From contig JACZWU010000008.1 in the NCBI GenBank assembly GCA_022571985.1, positions 65,019 to 129,018 on the forward strand: a DNA stretch of 64,000 nucleotides. Reading direction: 5' to 3'. Below, in pieces: positions 1 to 9,659 of the stretch; positions within the stretch are counted from its first letter, which is position 1, and each line of letters begins with the position of its first letter. Position numbers and translations under genes: made by a program. The notes beneath the pieces are model-generated. The model did no database searches. It worked only from the letters and a program-made list of their open reading frames with translations, and was not told the origin of the DNA. The stretch is from Candidatus Zixiibacteriota bacterium (GTDB lineage: Bacteria > Zixibacteria > MSB-5A5 > GN15 > FEB-12).

Positions 1-64
1 AAATAGTTATCTAACATAACATAACCGAATGATATTTCACAATGATTGATATTATCATCAAAGT

Positions 65-93
65 AAAAAAGTCAAAAGCGCAAGGCTTCTGAC
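65..93 (-). terminator. intrinsic terminator after the TfoX-like gene (GTAGGTCAG-hairpin family, copy 1)
   Basis: The minus strand reads GTCAGAAGC / cttgc loop / GCTTTTGAC (9-bp stem, one G-U), then TTTTTT. The gene's TAG stop (94-96) abuts the stem. Confidence 0.6.
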
Positions 94-489
94 CTACCTG
101 ACTTTAGTGAGTGATTCTTGACTGCTTCTCTTTTTCTTTATTGGCTTCGGAAGGGTGAGTACATATTCAACAGTCAGTTTGACCCATCTTCTAAGTGTCT
201 TGGTATCTTTTAACATTGAGTCTGGCAACAGAACATAATCTTTTTTAATTGGGGCTTTAGGGAAATAGCGAAGGCACTTTGTGCCTTTTTTTTGTAATAG
301 TATATTTCTTTGGTTTTCGGGTAATTTTATAGCAAATCCGGCAGGAGTCAATAAGATACAGATTCTGCCATCAGCGTAGACCGCCGCACCACTAAAGAAA
401 TGCTTACATTCAAATTTGACGTTTGAAAATCTTCGGGCCGTTGCCCGTTTCATGATTGCTGTTAGTTTTTCCAAATATTCCTTGGCCAT
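94..489 (-). CDS. TfoX/Sxy N-terminal domain family protein
   Basis: ORF 94..579 trimmed to the internal ATG (MAKEYLEKL...). FFSGAAVYADGRICILLTPAGFAIKL resembles the TfoX_N core. Confidence 0.55.
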   Translation of the reverse strand: MAKEYLEKLTAIMKRATARRFSNVKFECKHFFSGAAVYADGRICILLTPAGFAIKLPENQRNILLQKKGTKCLRYFPKAPIKKDYVLLPDSMLKDTKTLRRWVKLTVEYVLTLPKPIKKKRSSQESLTKVR

Positions 490-685
490 ACATGTCCTCG
501 ATATCTCGTACAGTAATACTATACAATGTTTCTGTACTGCAATCAATCTCACCAAGGAGTCGATGTCAATAAGGGTCAAAAGGAAAAGATAAAATCTGCA
601 CTGGACGGTTGACCAACAGACTTTTTGAGGTTATGCTTCATTTAAGAATGCATTACACTAAGCATAGTAAAAAGGGAACAATGCT

Positions 686-1228
686 ATGAGATATCGACCG
701 TTAATGTTTAGCGTTAAATTAATTTTCTGCTTATCAATAGCCGTTCAAACAGTAAACGCCCAATCGGACACAGCAGATAAACCCTGCTCTGCTCCGGAGG
801 GCAGTCAGTTCGATTTTTGGATTGGAAGTTGGGAGCTGACCTGGAACGATACAATTACTGGAACCAATGTTATAACCAAAGAATTAGACGGTTGTGTTAT
901 TCATGAAAACTTTTCTGATCCAAAAAACAAATTTGATGGACGAAGCTATTCTGTTTATAATCCGACCAAAGAAATATGGCAGCAGACCTGGGTTGATAAT
1001 CAGGGCAACTATATGGACTTTGAGGGTGGCTTCGAAAACGGAAAGATGACGTTAAGCCGCTCCTTTGTTGGTCCAAAAGGTAAAAAAGTTATGCAGCAGA
1101 TGACTTTCTTTAATATTGCTGACGATAGCTTAGACTGGAGCTGGGAGTCATCTCTGGATGACGGCAAAACCTGGAAGCAAAACTGGCTGATTCATTATAA
1201 GCGAGCGCTGGAGAAACTATCCAATTAG
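686..1228 (+). CDS. secreted DUF1579-like protein
   Basis: Has an N-terminal signal peptide (..SIAVQTVNA/QS). The FDFWIGSWE motif is typical of the DUF1579 family. A purine-rich SD (AAGGGA) lies upstream of the ATG. Confidence 0.6.
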   Translation: MRYRPLMFSVKLIFCLSIAVQTVNAQSDTADKPCSAPEGSQFDFWIGSWELTWNDTITGTNVITKELDGCVIHENFSDPKNKFDGRSYSVYNPTKEIWQQTWVDNQGNYMDFEGGFENGKMTLSRSFVGPKGKKVMQQMTFFNIADDSLDWSWESSLDDGKTWKQNWLIHYKRALEKLSN

Positions 1229-1437
1229 TAAACGTAAGTTTAGTAACCATGACCGAAACAGAGAGAATCCTTGAGCAGCTAAAAAGGTCTTTCTACAAAG
1301 AGGCCTGGCATGGACCTGCTTATCTTGAAATACTTGATGGCATAACAGCAGAGCAGGCCTCAAAGCATCCTATAAAGAATGCACACTCTATTTGGGAAAT
1401 CGCACTTCATACTATGACCTGGATTGAGGCAGTTCGT
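1228..1437 (+). repeat. direct repeat copy 1 (leader plus first 63 codons of a DinB-family gene)
   Basis: Aligns with 3347..3555. The coding part 1249-1437 vs 3367-3555 shows 21 mismatches in 189 nt by manual count. Confidence 0.85.
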
Positions 1438-1458
1438 TTTTTCCCAAGATATAAATAG
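1249..1458 (+). pseudogene. truncated 5' fragment of a DinB-family gene
   Basis: The 69-aa ORF MTETERILEQLKRSFYKEAWHGPAYLEILDG... matches the N-terminus of the full-length gene at 3367..3825. It diverges after residue 63 and stops 6 codons later. Confidence 0.65.
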
Positions 1459-1462
1459 AGAA

Positions 1463-3016
1463 TCAATTTGGTTTCCAGTTTTTGTGTGTAATACCAATAT
1501 AGTCGCTATCGTCTAATTTTTCCTCGACATTGCGATTAAGTATATTACGTAGAGTTCTTGTTTCGCCAATCAATTTCCAGCCTTCTTTCGTAAATGTTTC
1601 TTCCTTCCAGACATGTTCTGAAAGCAGTGGATTAGTGAGCGCCTGCGAAAAAGCATCGACTGCAACCATCCTTAAGAGCAGTGGTGACAAAGGTGAATTA
1701 CGCTCAAGGTCTTCTGCGAAAAGCCCAACATAGAATTCTATATCATCTACGCTTTGATAGGCGGACTGAAGGAAATTGACAACTTCATTATTTGAGGAAA
1801 CATCGGAAAATTTCCTTGGTCTTTTTAACTTAACATAATGCCTGTAATCGCTATAGGATGCCAGATTGCACAACCTTCCTTGGTCAATCGCCATTTTCTC
1901 CAGATGAAGCAGATCGGGGGAAGTATTAAACGGACAAATTTCTCCGGCGTATTGGTCGCTCATATCTATGAAGCCTCTTTTTAGTCCGACCTTTAGCAAT
2001 AAATTGTTATTCATTATTGTTTCTTTCACACTGTAATTTTTGCCACCCCACCAGTTATCATCTGGGATAAGCTGGTGCCAGCGGTACAGCAGACTAAATT
2101 CTGTCGTTAGCCAATTTGGTTTATTCCAGGGAGCGTTCCAGGCAATCGAAGGATCAGCTATAAATTTGAATGAAGGAGAAATGTGATTTATATACTCTTC
2201 TATAACAATTTTTAGAAAAAGAACGATTGTTATATTTCTTGACACTTGAAATACTCTTTCATCATCCCAGACCTTATTTGCCTCCTCAATTACTCCGGCC
2301 ATACGATTGTGCTCACGCAAAAAGAGAGTATTCATCATTGCTACCTGGGGAGAAGCATTTGCACGATCACCACCAACGGCGAATATTTTTAAACGAATTG
2401 CGGGGATTTCTTTTAAGGCTTCAGGCATTAAAGGCTCATCCAGAATTTCAAATTCCGACTTTATCCCCTGGCCATCATATAGAAACGGAGGATATTCTTC
2501 ATTATTGATCATTTGAGATTTAAGCCTTCCCTTTTGCCTGTTAGTTTCACTTAGAAGCCGAAGCACTCTGGTCTGTTCGGGAGTTCTCCCGTAAAGAGAA
2601 CTCAAATCAAGCTGATGAGTGGATGTATTTTGCTTTCTCTTTGGGCTAGGATCTTCATCTTTATCGGGCATACGCGTTCGAATGAAGCCATCAGTTAAAT
2701 ATTGAGCAAAAGCGGGAAACAGACAGGTGGATTTTGAACTTAGGCGCTGCTTTGCCCGCTTAAAAAGATTTTCCAGATCGTTTCTTTTGGGAGGATTGAG
2801 CTGTATGGCAGGTAGATGTCGCGCGCTCCATTTTTTCTCTGAAAGAGAAGACCAGGAGACATAGTCATGTATCATACTCCATGGATGAGGTCTGTGCCGA
2901 CATTTATTAATTATCCTGTTTGTAGCAATTCTATTTGCTTTTCTACGGAACCATGGCCACACGGTCGAAACAGAATTTGCGGCTTTTGTGATTACGGACT
3001 CAATGAATTCTTTCAT
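1463..3016 (-). CDS. heme peroxidase-cyclooxygenase superfamily protein (fatty-acid dioxygenase-like)
   Basis: ORF 1463..3040 trimmed to the ATG at 3016, which lies 5 nt after AAGGAGG. Motifs FAQYLTDGFIRT, HQLDLSSLYG, NTLFLREHNRM and LLYRWHQLIPD parallel the COX motifs FAQHFTHQFFKT, VDLxHIYG, WLREHNRV and LYHWHPLLPD. Confidence 0.8.
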   Translation of the reverse strand: MKEFIESVITKAANSVSTVWPWFRRKANRIATNRIINKCRHRPHPWSMIHDYVSWSSLSEKKWSARHLPAIQLNPPKRNDLENLFKRAKQRLSSKSTCLFPAFAQYLTDGFIRTRMPDKDEDPSPKRKQNTSTHQLDLSSLYGRTPEQTRVLRLLSETNRQKGRLKSQMINNEEYPPFLYDGQGIKSEFEILDEPLMPEALKEIPAIRLKIFAVGGDRANASPQVAMMNTLFLREHNRMAGVIEEANKVWDDERVFQVSRNITIVLFLKIVIEEYINHISPSFKFIADPSIAWNAPWNKPNWLTTEFSLLYRWHQLIPDDNWWGGKNYSVKETIMNNNLLLKVGLKRGFIDMSDQYAGEICPFNTSPDLLHLEKMAIDQGRLCNLASYSDYRHYVKLKRPRKFSDVSSNNEVVNFLQSAYQSVDDIEFYVGLFAEDLERNSPLSPLLLRMVAVDAFSQALTNPLLSEHVWKEETFTKEGWKLIGETRTLRNILNRNVEEKLDDSDYIGITHKNWKPN

Positions 3017-3346
3017 TTCAAACCTCCTTTTACATATCAATCGCTTTTAGACAGGCTGTTATGCAGCCGAATTCAATGAATACAGGCTCCATAGAAAGCT
3101 CTTTCTCGTAATTCGTTAGACTATAGCATCTTCGTGCTTTGGTAATTGTTAAATAGTTTTCGCCCTATGCTTATAGATATATATGAGAATGTATTCAAGA
3201 AAGCAAGAACAAAATGGACATGGATAGTAGTGTTATCAGATGGTATCTGTTTGCTTGACTGCTTCGCTGTCAGAAAGCATACTGCAGAAAGTAAGAATTG
3301 ATTGAGAGGCCTCTTTCAACAGAGCGTCTGAGAAACCACCGAATTT

Positions 3347-3555
3347 GTAAACGTGAATTTGAAACCATGACCGAAGCAGAGAGAATACTTGAGCAGCTAA
3401 GAAGGTCTTTCTACAAAGAAGCCTGGCACGGACCTGCCTTTCTGGAAATACTTGACGGAGTTACAGCAGAGCAGGCCTCAAAGCATCCGATAACAGAGGC
3501 ACACTCTATCTGGGAAATCGTACTTCATACTACGACCTGGATTGAGGCGGTTCGT
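3347..3555 (+). repeat. direct repeat copy 2 (leader plus 5' end of the intact DinB-family gene)
   Basis: See 1228..1437. The offset is 2118-2119 bp. Confidence 0.85.
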
Positions 3556-3825
3556 ACAAGGTGCCTAGGTAAAGAGTTCAAGGTGTCGGATGAACAGGAC
3601 TGGCCAGAAGTAACAGAAATCGGCGATGCCGCCTGGCATCAGACAATAATTGACCTAAAAGACCAGCACAAAAAACTTGAGGACTTGGTAAATTCGCTGA
3701 AACCAGAGGACTTAAATAAACCTGCTGCGGGAAGTTCTATGCTAAACTGTTCTATGCTCGATAGTATCATTCATCATAATATTTATCATTCCGCACAGAT
3801 TGCTTTGCTGAAAAAATTAGTATAG
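3367..3825 (+). CDS. DinB family protein
   Basis: ORF 3298..3825 trimmed to the ATG equivalent to the truncated copy (MTEAERILEQL...). It has the HSIWEIVLH and IIHHNIYHSAQI histidine motifs of the DinB four-helix bundle. Confidence 0.8.
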   Translation: MTEAERILEQLRRSFYKEAWHGPAFLEILDGVTAEQASKHPITEAHSIWEIVLHTTTWIEAVRTRCLGKEFKVSDEQDWPEVTEIGDAAWHQTIIDLKDQHKKLEDLVNSLKPEDLNKPAAGSSMLNCSMLDSIIHHNIYHSAQIALLKKLV

Positions 3826-3872
3826 TAACTTCTTTGGTGTCTAATCTAAATATCTGCGAACGGGGTGGCTAA

Positions 3873-4142
3873 GAGTTACTCGGCAAGAGAGAGATTGACC
3901 TGGCCTTGCAGATATTCAGACTAAATACAGAGGTCTACCCTGAGCATGCCAACACCTGGAACAGCTATGCCGAAGCGCTGACCGCGAAAGGGGATACCAG
4001 CGGTGCTATCATAAATTATGAGAAGTCGATGAAAATTAATCAGCGGAACGATAACGCTAGGGAGAGGATTAAACAACGGACCATTAAGGCCCGCTTCGTA
4101 TATTGCTTCAATGTATTCAAAATCTTCAAGATTCTTTATTAG
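3873..4142 (+). pseudogene. orphan C-terminal TPR fragment (gene remnant)
   Basis: The frame is open only from 3873 (stop at 3870). ..ALQIFRLNTEVYPEHANTWNSYAEALTAKGDTSGAIINYEKSMKINQRN is a TPR pair of the kind seen at the C-terminus of serine hydrolases. There is no plausible start or SD. Confidence 0.35.
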
Positions 4143-4254
4143 ATACTGGCTAAATAAGCGGCAATTGCAACCAATTACTAGTTAGAAGTGTCGTAATAAG
4201 TAGGTAACAGTGTAACTAATTCAAAGAAGTTTTTGAACAATTCGGAGGGATAAA

Positions 4255-6033
4255 ATGATTAACTCGTCCACCCACAACATCTGGAGGATGCTGCTTTTCT
4301 CATCCTTTTTGCTTATCTATCCATTGAACGTTGCCGCAACAGGCGAGCCATCGCAAGACACAGATCAGAAATGGGAAGCGGCGCCGGCTGATGGTCTCCC
4401 CGATTGGGGAAAAGTAGATTGGGACGGCTGGGAAACGATTGAAGATCTGCTAAATAATATCCGCGAAGTATCTGGTATTCCAGCAATCGCTGCAGCAATA
4501 GTAAAGGACGGCAGTATAATTGACTTCGCGACTGTTGGTGTACGAGAATTTGGAACACTAAAAAAAGTGGGGATTGATGACCGATTTCATATCGGTTCTG
4601 TCACTAAATCTATGACGGCCACACTTATTGGCAAGCTTGTTGAAGAGGGGGTTATCAACTGGGGTACTACAGTAGAAAGCATCCTGCCGGATATTCCAAT
4701 GCGAGAAGAGTACCGTACTGTCACAGTCGCACAGTTGCTAAATCATCAGGGCGGAATTCAATCGTATTCTTCTGATGAGTCATACCGAAAGTTGGCGAGA
4801 CAGCGCTATTCAGGAACCCCGACAAAACAGCGAGCTGCGTTTTTAGCTGCGGTTCTGCAACTGGAGCCGGCGGGTATTCCCGGAGAGATTACGCTCTACG
4901 CCAACGCTGGTTATGCTCTAACCGGTCACATGGCAGAACGCCTCACCGGTAAAAGCTGGGAGGAGCTCATCGAACAGCACATCTTCGAACCACTCGGGAT
5001 GACTAATAGTGGATTTGGCCACCCGGGCACAGCGTCTGTTCCCAATCAACCACGCGGTCATGGCATCGCCGGCACAGAATTTGTTCCTCTCTTTGACGAT
5101 GAACATCCAAGTATGGATATAATCGCACCGGCCGGAAATGTCCACTGTTCGGTACGAGACCTGGCGCAATATGCAATCTCTCATATTAATGGATTGAACG
5201 GACAGGACGGCTACCTTCGGTCTGAGACGATAAAACGGCTCCACACGTTGCCATCAAGGGTGGGTGTGCAAAAGTATGCTTCCGGTTGGATAATTCAATC
5301 GAATCCTAACGGTGAAACAATCCATCATCATGGAGGTACTACTGGCTCATTCTATGCAGAACTCAAGCTTTACCCGGAGAGGAACGCCGGTGTCGTCATA
5401 ATTATGAACGTGGGGCAGACTGCCGGAGAACTTGTCGTCAACAAAGTCGGGCGATCTCTTATGTCCAGGTATAGTCCCGAGGAGCAGTCTGCTATTGCAA
5501 ATCTACAAACAGGGCAGGGGCAGTTACAGTTTAAGATGGGAAATCCCAACATCGGAAATTTCACTTTCAAAAAACAGGGAAATATTGATAAAACTGAAGC
5601 CTTGGAATTGACTTATTATGAAACGGCAACCCCGGAAAATGACGCGCGAACATGGAGCGTCTTGAAGAGCCTGGCAGAAGCTATCAACAATGAGGACAAA
5701 CAAGCGTTCCTGAACTTATTTAGTGAACAGAAGCGCTCCCAACAAGAAGGCATGTTCAAATTCATGGCCCGTCAGATCCTGCCTACGCGTGGCGGCGTTC
5801 AGTCTTTTCATGATATCAGTAGGGCAATCAAGATTCCGGATACAAAATTTCCGTTGCGAACAGTCACATTTCATTTGGAAAATGGTTATCCCGGCTATTT
5901 CGGAATTTCGCTCGATGACGAAGGGAAGATTGATCATTTTTCGCTGTTCGTGAAACCCGATCTATGCCCTAACGGTCCGGACACTCAATGTGATCTAGTT
6001 GCCAGGACACTCGGTAAGGACTTCGGACCATGA
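4255..6033 (+). CDS. serine hydrolase (class C beta-lactamase/PBP-like fold) with C-terminal extension
   Basis: GGAGGG SD and a signal peptide. It has the SVTK (SxxK), YANAGY (YxN) and HHGGTTG motifs. Confidence 0.85.
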   Translation: MINSSTHNIWRMLLFSSFLLIYPLNVAATGEPSQDTDQKWEAAPADGLPDWGKVDWDGWETIEDLLNNIREVSGIPAIAAAIVKDGSIIDFATVGVREFGTLKKVGIDDRFHIGSVTKSMTATLIGKLVEEGVINWGTTVESILPDIPMREEYRTVTVAQLLNHQGGIQSYSSDESYRKLARQRYSGTPTKQRAAFLAAVLQLEPAGIPGEITLYANAGYALTGHMAERLTGKSWEELIEQHIFEPLGMTNSGFGHPGTASVPNQPRGHGIAGTEFVPLFDDEHPSMDIIAPAGNVHCSVRDLAQYAISHINGLNGQDGYLRSETIKRLHTLPSRVGVQKYASGWIIQSNPNGETIHHHGGTTGSFYAELKLYPERNAGVVIIMNVGQTAGELVVNKVGRSLMSRYSPEEQSAIANLQTGQGQLQFKMGNPNIGNFTFKKQGNIDKTEALELTYYETATPENDARTWSVLKSLAEAINNEDKQAFLNLFSEQKRSQQEGMFKFMARQILPTRGGVQSFHDISRAIKIPDTKFPLRTVTFHLENGYPGYFGISLDDEGKIDHFSLFVKPDLCPNGPDTQCDLVARTLGKDFGP

Positions 6034-7118
6034 AAACTTTTTGCGCATGCCTGATCTTACTCGCTGTTGGACCTATAAGGGCGCAACACGCTCCCCAGTC
6101 CATTGCGGAACTTCGAACAAATTTTGAAAGCCGCGCGGAAGATACTCTCGACGCTACAGAGTCCGAATGGTTGAGTGCAAAAGCTTTTATCCTGGCTTCG
6201 CAAACAACTTCGCGTGGATCGTTTTGGAGTACCATGAGCTTCGTGGCTGAAATTTGTGACGCTTCTCCCAACTTGACTGCACGAAAACTTCGTGCTGAAG
6301 CACTCGAAATGCTTGTCGGGCGATTTTCAGATGCCATGCGCTGGTCTTCTCTGGTTACCACCCGCTTCATTCCAAATTTTCAGAAAATCAACATTAACGA
6401 GTGGTCAGATGAACTGGATGAATATGATCATCTATTAGACCGACTGGGAAACGAAAGCAATTCCGAGCGGGTAAGAGCCGATCTGCTTTATGCCAAAGCT
6501 CTTGCACGAGTACATATCGACCGTCGTTGGGATTGGCTAACGCCCCTGGCGCGTCAAAATACTATTGAACTTCTCGACTCGCTTATTAATACTTTTGGCG
6601 ACTTGCTTTGTCCCGGAGAAGAGAATACGTTCATTCGCGATCGTGCCGGCCAACATTACTACGAACTCGAAAAGTTACACTTTGGTGCGCTGGCACCGGT
6701 AACATCGGGAACGGATCTAATGGATAAACGAATTGACATTAAAGATTACCTTGGTCAGATTGTGGTGGTAGACTTTTGGACCTCGTTCTGCCAACCATGT
6801 CTGGCGATGGTACCTGATATCAAGGAACTACTTGGCAAACTTCAAGGGCAACCGGTTGTATACATTGGGGTCAACGGAGATACTGATCGAAGCCAGGCTC
6901 TAAGGACCGCGCAAAGATTCACGATGAGTTGGCGAAATCTCTGGGACGGACCGGCAGGTCCGGCAGGACCTGTGTCGAAAGCCTGGAATGTACGTGGTTG
7001 GCCATCGGTTTACGTGGTCGATGTACGAGGTCGCATTCGATACAAACTCTCGGGAAAGCAGATCGCAGAAAAACTCGACAGTGCGATATCGACGTTACTT
7101 GCGGAAATAGGGGGATAA
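6030..7118 (+). CDS. TlpA-family thiol:disulfide oxidoreductase with about 230-aa N-terminal extension
   Basis: ATGA overlap with the preceding gene, and a signal peptide. VVVDFWTSFCQPCLAMVP contains the CxxC thioredoxin-fold motif, followed by WPSVYVVD. Confidence 0.8.
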   Translation: MKTFCACLILLAVGPIRAQHAPQSIAELRTNFESRAEDTLDATESEWLSAKAFILASQTTSRGSFWSTMSFVAEICDASPNLTARKLRAEALEMLVGRFSDAMRWSSLVTTRFIPNFQKININEWSDELDEYDHLLDRLGNESNSERVRADLLYAKALARVHIDRRWDWLTPLARQNTIELLDSLINTFGDLLCPGEENTFIRDRAGQHYYELEKLHFGALAPVTSGTDLMDKRIDIKDYLGQIVVVDFWTSFCQPCLAMVPDIKELLGKLQGQPVVYIGVNGDTDRSQALRTAQRFTMSWRNLWDGPAGPAGPVSKAWNVRGWPSVYVVDVRGRIRYKLSGKQIAEKLDSAISTLLAEIGG

Positions 7119-7246
7119 TAAACTCCCTACAAAGAGCTTGACATAATCTTGATTGCTTGGTTTTCCTTGCCAGGACCTTGCCTAGACTAAACTTACGCAA
7201 TGACGATAATTTTTACCACGGTTCACTTTTGTAACAAAACACATTA

Positions 7247-7275
7247 ATGCAGGAATGAAGTTATCATTCCTGCAT
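7247..7275. terminator. 12-bp perfect hairpin between convergent genes
   Basis: ATGCAGGAATGA / agtta / TCATTCCTGCAT. On the minus strand it is followed by a T-rich run (TTAATGTGTTTTGTT), so it serves at least the DUF2339 gene. Confidence 0.55.
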
Positions 7276-7364
7276 GGTTCTGTCTTGTTCCATTCAAATT
7301 TAATTCTTACAAAGCTGCAACCCACCCCGATCTCATGAGGCATACCGCTTTGATCGCTGATCAA

Positions 7365-9509
7365 TTAGTTCTTATCTTTTTTCCATAAGGCTTTAAAAAA
7401 GTAGCTAAGTAAAAGCAGTACTCCGCCAAAACCAAGAAACAGAAGAATCCGCCACAATGTTTCGAGGTTGGCCAGATCCACCAAAAACAGTTTTGCTATC
7501 AAAACTAATAGCGTGGCCATGGCGGTTTTAGTAACAACATTGACGTTTCTGCGCAGTCCTATTACGAACAACACAACTATGTATATACCCCAGGTAATCG
7601 ATACCAGTCCCTGACCGTTCGTTAGCGGCGACATTTCGCGTAAAAGCCACAAGAGCAGAGTTACATGTGCGGTCATTAAGTAGGCGATTTTATCTTCCCT
7701 CTCTATCAGGAAAAACGACACAACCGCACCATAAGCAATGAACAAGATATCAGTCACAGCCGTGTAGTTGAAAACAGTAGTTCCTGAGGCGGGGTCAAAA
7801 AGGCGAGTCAACATCCAGAAGAACATAGCTGTATTGAAAACATGTGCACCGTTAAACAGATTGCGGTCTTTCACTCGACAGGCAATGTAAAATAACGACG
7901 CGGCCTGGAGTGTCAGGGTCAAAAACAGATCGTTACCGTCGAGCTCTCGCCAAAAGATACCAGCCAAAAGCGCGTATCCAATAAACAGATAGAGGTGCTT
8001 TTCTTTAATTCTCTTGAAAAAATATGATAATGCCAGGGCGCTTGCCGGAACGACCATATCAGATAACGTCTTGGCATTTATAATCGGGTTGCCGCTTTGA
8101 CTGTCGAATAATCTGAGCAAAATCCAGGCCGATACAAGACCAAACAAAGAATGCGCGATCGGCGCCAGGGTTCTGTTCCCGACTTTAATTCTTACCAGAT
8201 GAATGGCAACCACTTCGAGTGTAATTGCTACCAGGAGCGCGTTACCATCAAGGAAATAGTAAAGTGCCACAGTTAAGAAAACCAATCCGACAACGACGTG
8301 AGTGTATGCCAGAGACTTAAATTCAGTTTTCTGATTCAGCAGCCAGCCGATTGCCGCTATCGCCAGAGCTGTGGCCAGGCTGACAGTCCCCCATATAAAA
8401 TCACTCCAATTCCACAAAACCGTAGAAAGAAAAAATGAAAAGAACGGAATTATGATTACCAATAGGTTGAGATTCTTTTCAGTAAGATTTATGTCAACTT
8501 CGTAGCCGGACTTTTCAGTCGATTCAGAAATCGATGATTCCATCAGCGACGACTTCTTGGCGATTGTTACTTCTCTGGCTAGCGGCACTATCCAGAAAAA
8601 TGGCAAAGCCAGAAACAGTGCCGTCTGAATCGATACTTTGTCCAGCAGTGGAGCCAGCGAAATGCCGGATTCGCCGAACAAGGCAATCCAGATAACTATC
8701 CAGCCACCAATACAGGTTGTCCAGAAAAATGACCACCAGCCCTTGAAATAGTAAATTATCGAGGCACCGCTTAACAGTATACACAAATAAAGCATAAGTC
8801 CCGGAATAGAACTTTCACCGGTGTAAAGTAAGAATGGCGTACCTATTCCGCCTATCATTGCGATAAGAGAAAAGATGAAATCGTTTTCTTTGAGAGACAA
8901 AAAAAACGATAACCCGGTTACAATGACGTAAAACGTAAACGCCATCGGATAGGATATCAGATAAAATAATTGAAATGCCGCATAACCGGTTATGTAAAAA
9001 ATGCCAATGGCCCCGCCCAGCAAAACCCGGCTAAAATGCTGGCGCTGGCTGTATAATCGCAGGCCGAAGGCACATAATACACTGCCGATTACCAATCCAG
9101 TAATGACTCTGAATATTGGTGTAAGCCAGCCTTGTTCAACTGAATATTTGAACAGAAATACGGCACCAAAAAGCAAAAGACCAATTCCGATCTTGTTTAA
9201 CCAATACTCGCTGCTTTTCATTCGCTCGGGCAATTCAAAAGAGGATTCTTTAACAGGCGCCTTTCCGGCAGGAGGAGAAGGACCGGGCGGAGGAGGAGGA
9301 ATGATTTTTTGCGTCTGAGGCTGCTCAGTGACAGGTTCTGGTTCTACGACTGCACCCCTGGGAGTTGCCTCAGGTTCGAAAGGTCTTTGGCTGCCTTGAA
9401 CAGACTGCTTGGCTGACAGGACTTGATTTATCTTAGAAGTGAGATCAGTGACCAGCACTTCAAGCCGTGCTACACGCTCTTTGAGACCGTCTCTTTCATT
9501 TTCGCTCAT
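7365..9509 (-). CDS. DUF2339-type polytopic membrane protein
   Basis: N-terminal coiled coil (LKERVARLEVLVTDLTSKI), then a Pro-rich linker, then about 20 hydrophobic helices. This architecture is typical of DUF2339. Confidence 0.7.
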   Translation of the reverse strand: MSENERDGLKERVARLEVLVTDLTSKINQVLSAKQSVQGSQRPFEPEATPRGAVVEPEPVTEQPQTQKIIPPPPPGPSPPAGKAPVKESSFELPERMKSSEYWLNKIGIGLLLFGAVFLFKYSVEQGWLTPIFRVITGLVIGSVLCAFGLRLYSQRQHFSRVLLGGAIGIFYITGYAAFQLFYLISYPMAFTFYVIVTGLSFFLSLKENDFIFSLIAMIGGIGTPFLLYTGESSIPGLMLYLCILLSGASIIYYFKGWWSFFWTTCIGGWIVIWIALFGESGISLAPLLDKVSIQTALFLALPFFWIVPLAREVTIAKKSSLMESSISESTEKSGYEVDINLTEKNLNLLVIIIPFFSFFLSTVLWNWSDFIWGTVSLATALAIAAIGWLLNQKTEFKSLAYTHVVVGLVFLTVALYYFLDGNALLVAITLEVVAIHLVRIKVGNRTLAPIAHSLFGLVSAWILLRLFDSQSGNPIINAKTLSDMVVPASALALSYFFKRIKEKHLYLFIGYALLAGIFWRELDGNDLFLTLTLQAASLFYIACRVKDRNLFNGAHVFNTAMFFWMLTRLFDPASGTTVFNYTAVTDILFIAYGAVVSFFLIEREDKIAYLMTAHVTLLLWLLREMSPLTNGQGLVSITWGIYIVVLFVIGLRRNVNVVTKTAMATLLVLIAKLFLVDLANLETLWRILLFLGFGGVLLLLSYFFKALWKKDKN

Positions 9510-9659
9510 ATGAATTGTCGTCTCTTCTCCAAAAGTGAGTTGCTGCTAAAACTTTATAAAAAATAGCAGCTGACCTGTAAGGAAGTTATGTGAGGAATCA
9601 TTGAAGACAGCAACAAAAAAAGATTCGCTGCTCTACGGAAAATATAATTGTATGGAATG

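Noticed and set aside
5969-6370. 133-aa minus-strand ORF across the hydrolase/TlpA junction, and similar antisense ORFs elsewhere (e.g. 10264-10767, 46103-46486, 54542-54970).
   Set aside because: All lie antisense within longer CDS that carry clear family motifs. None has an SD or recognisable domains.
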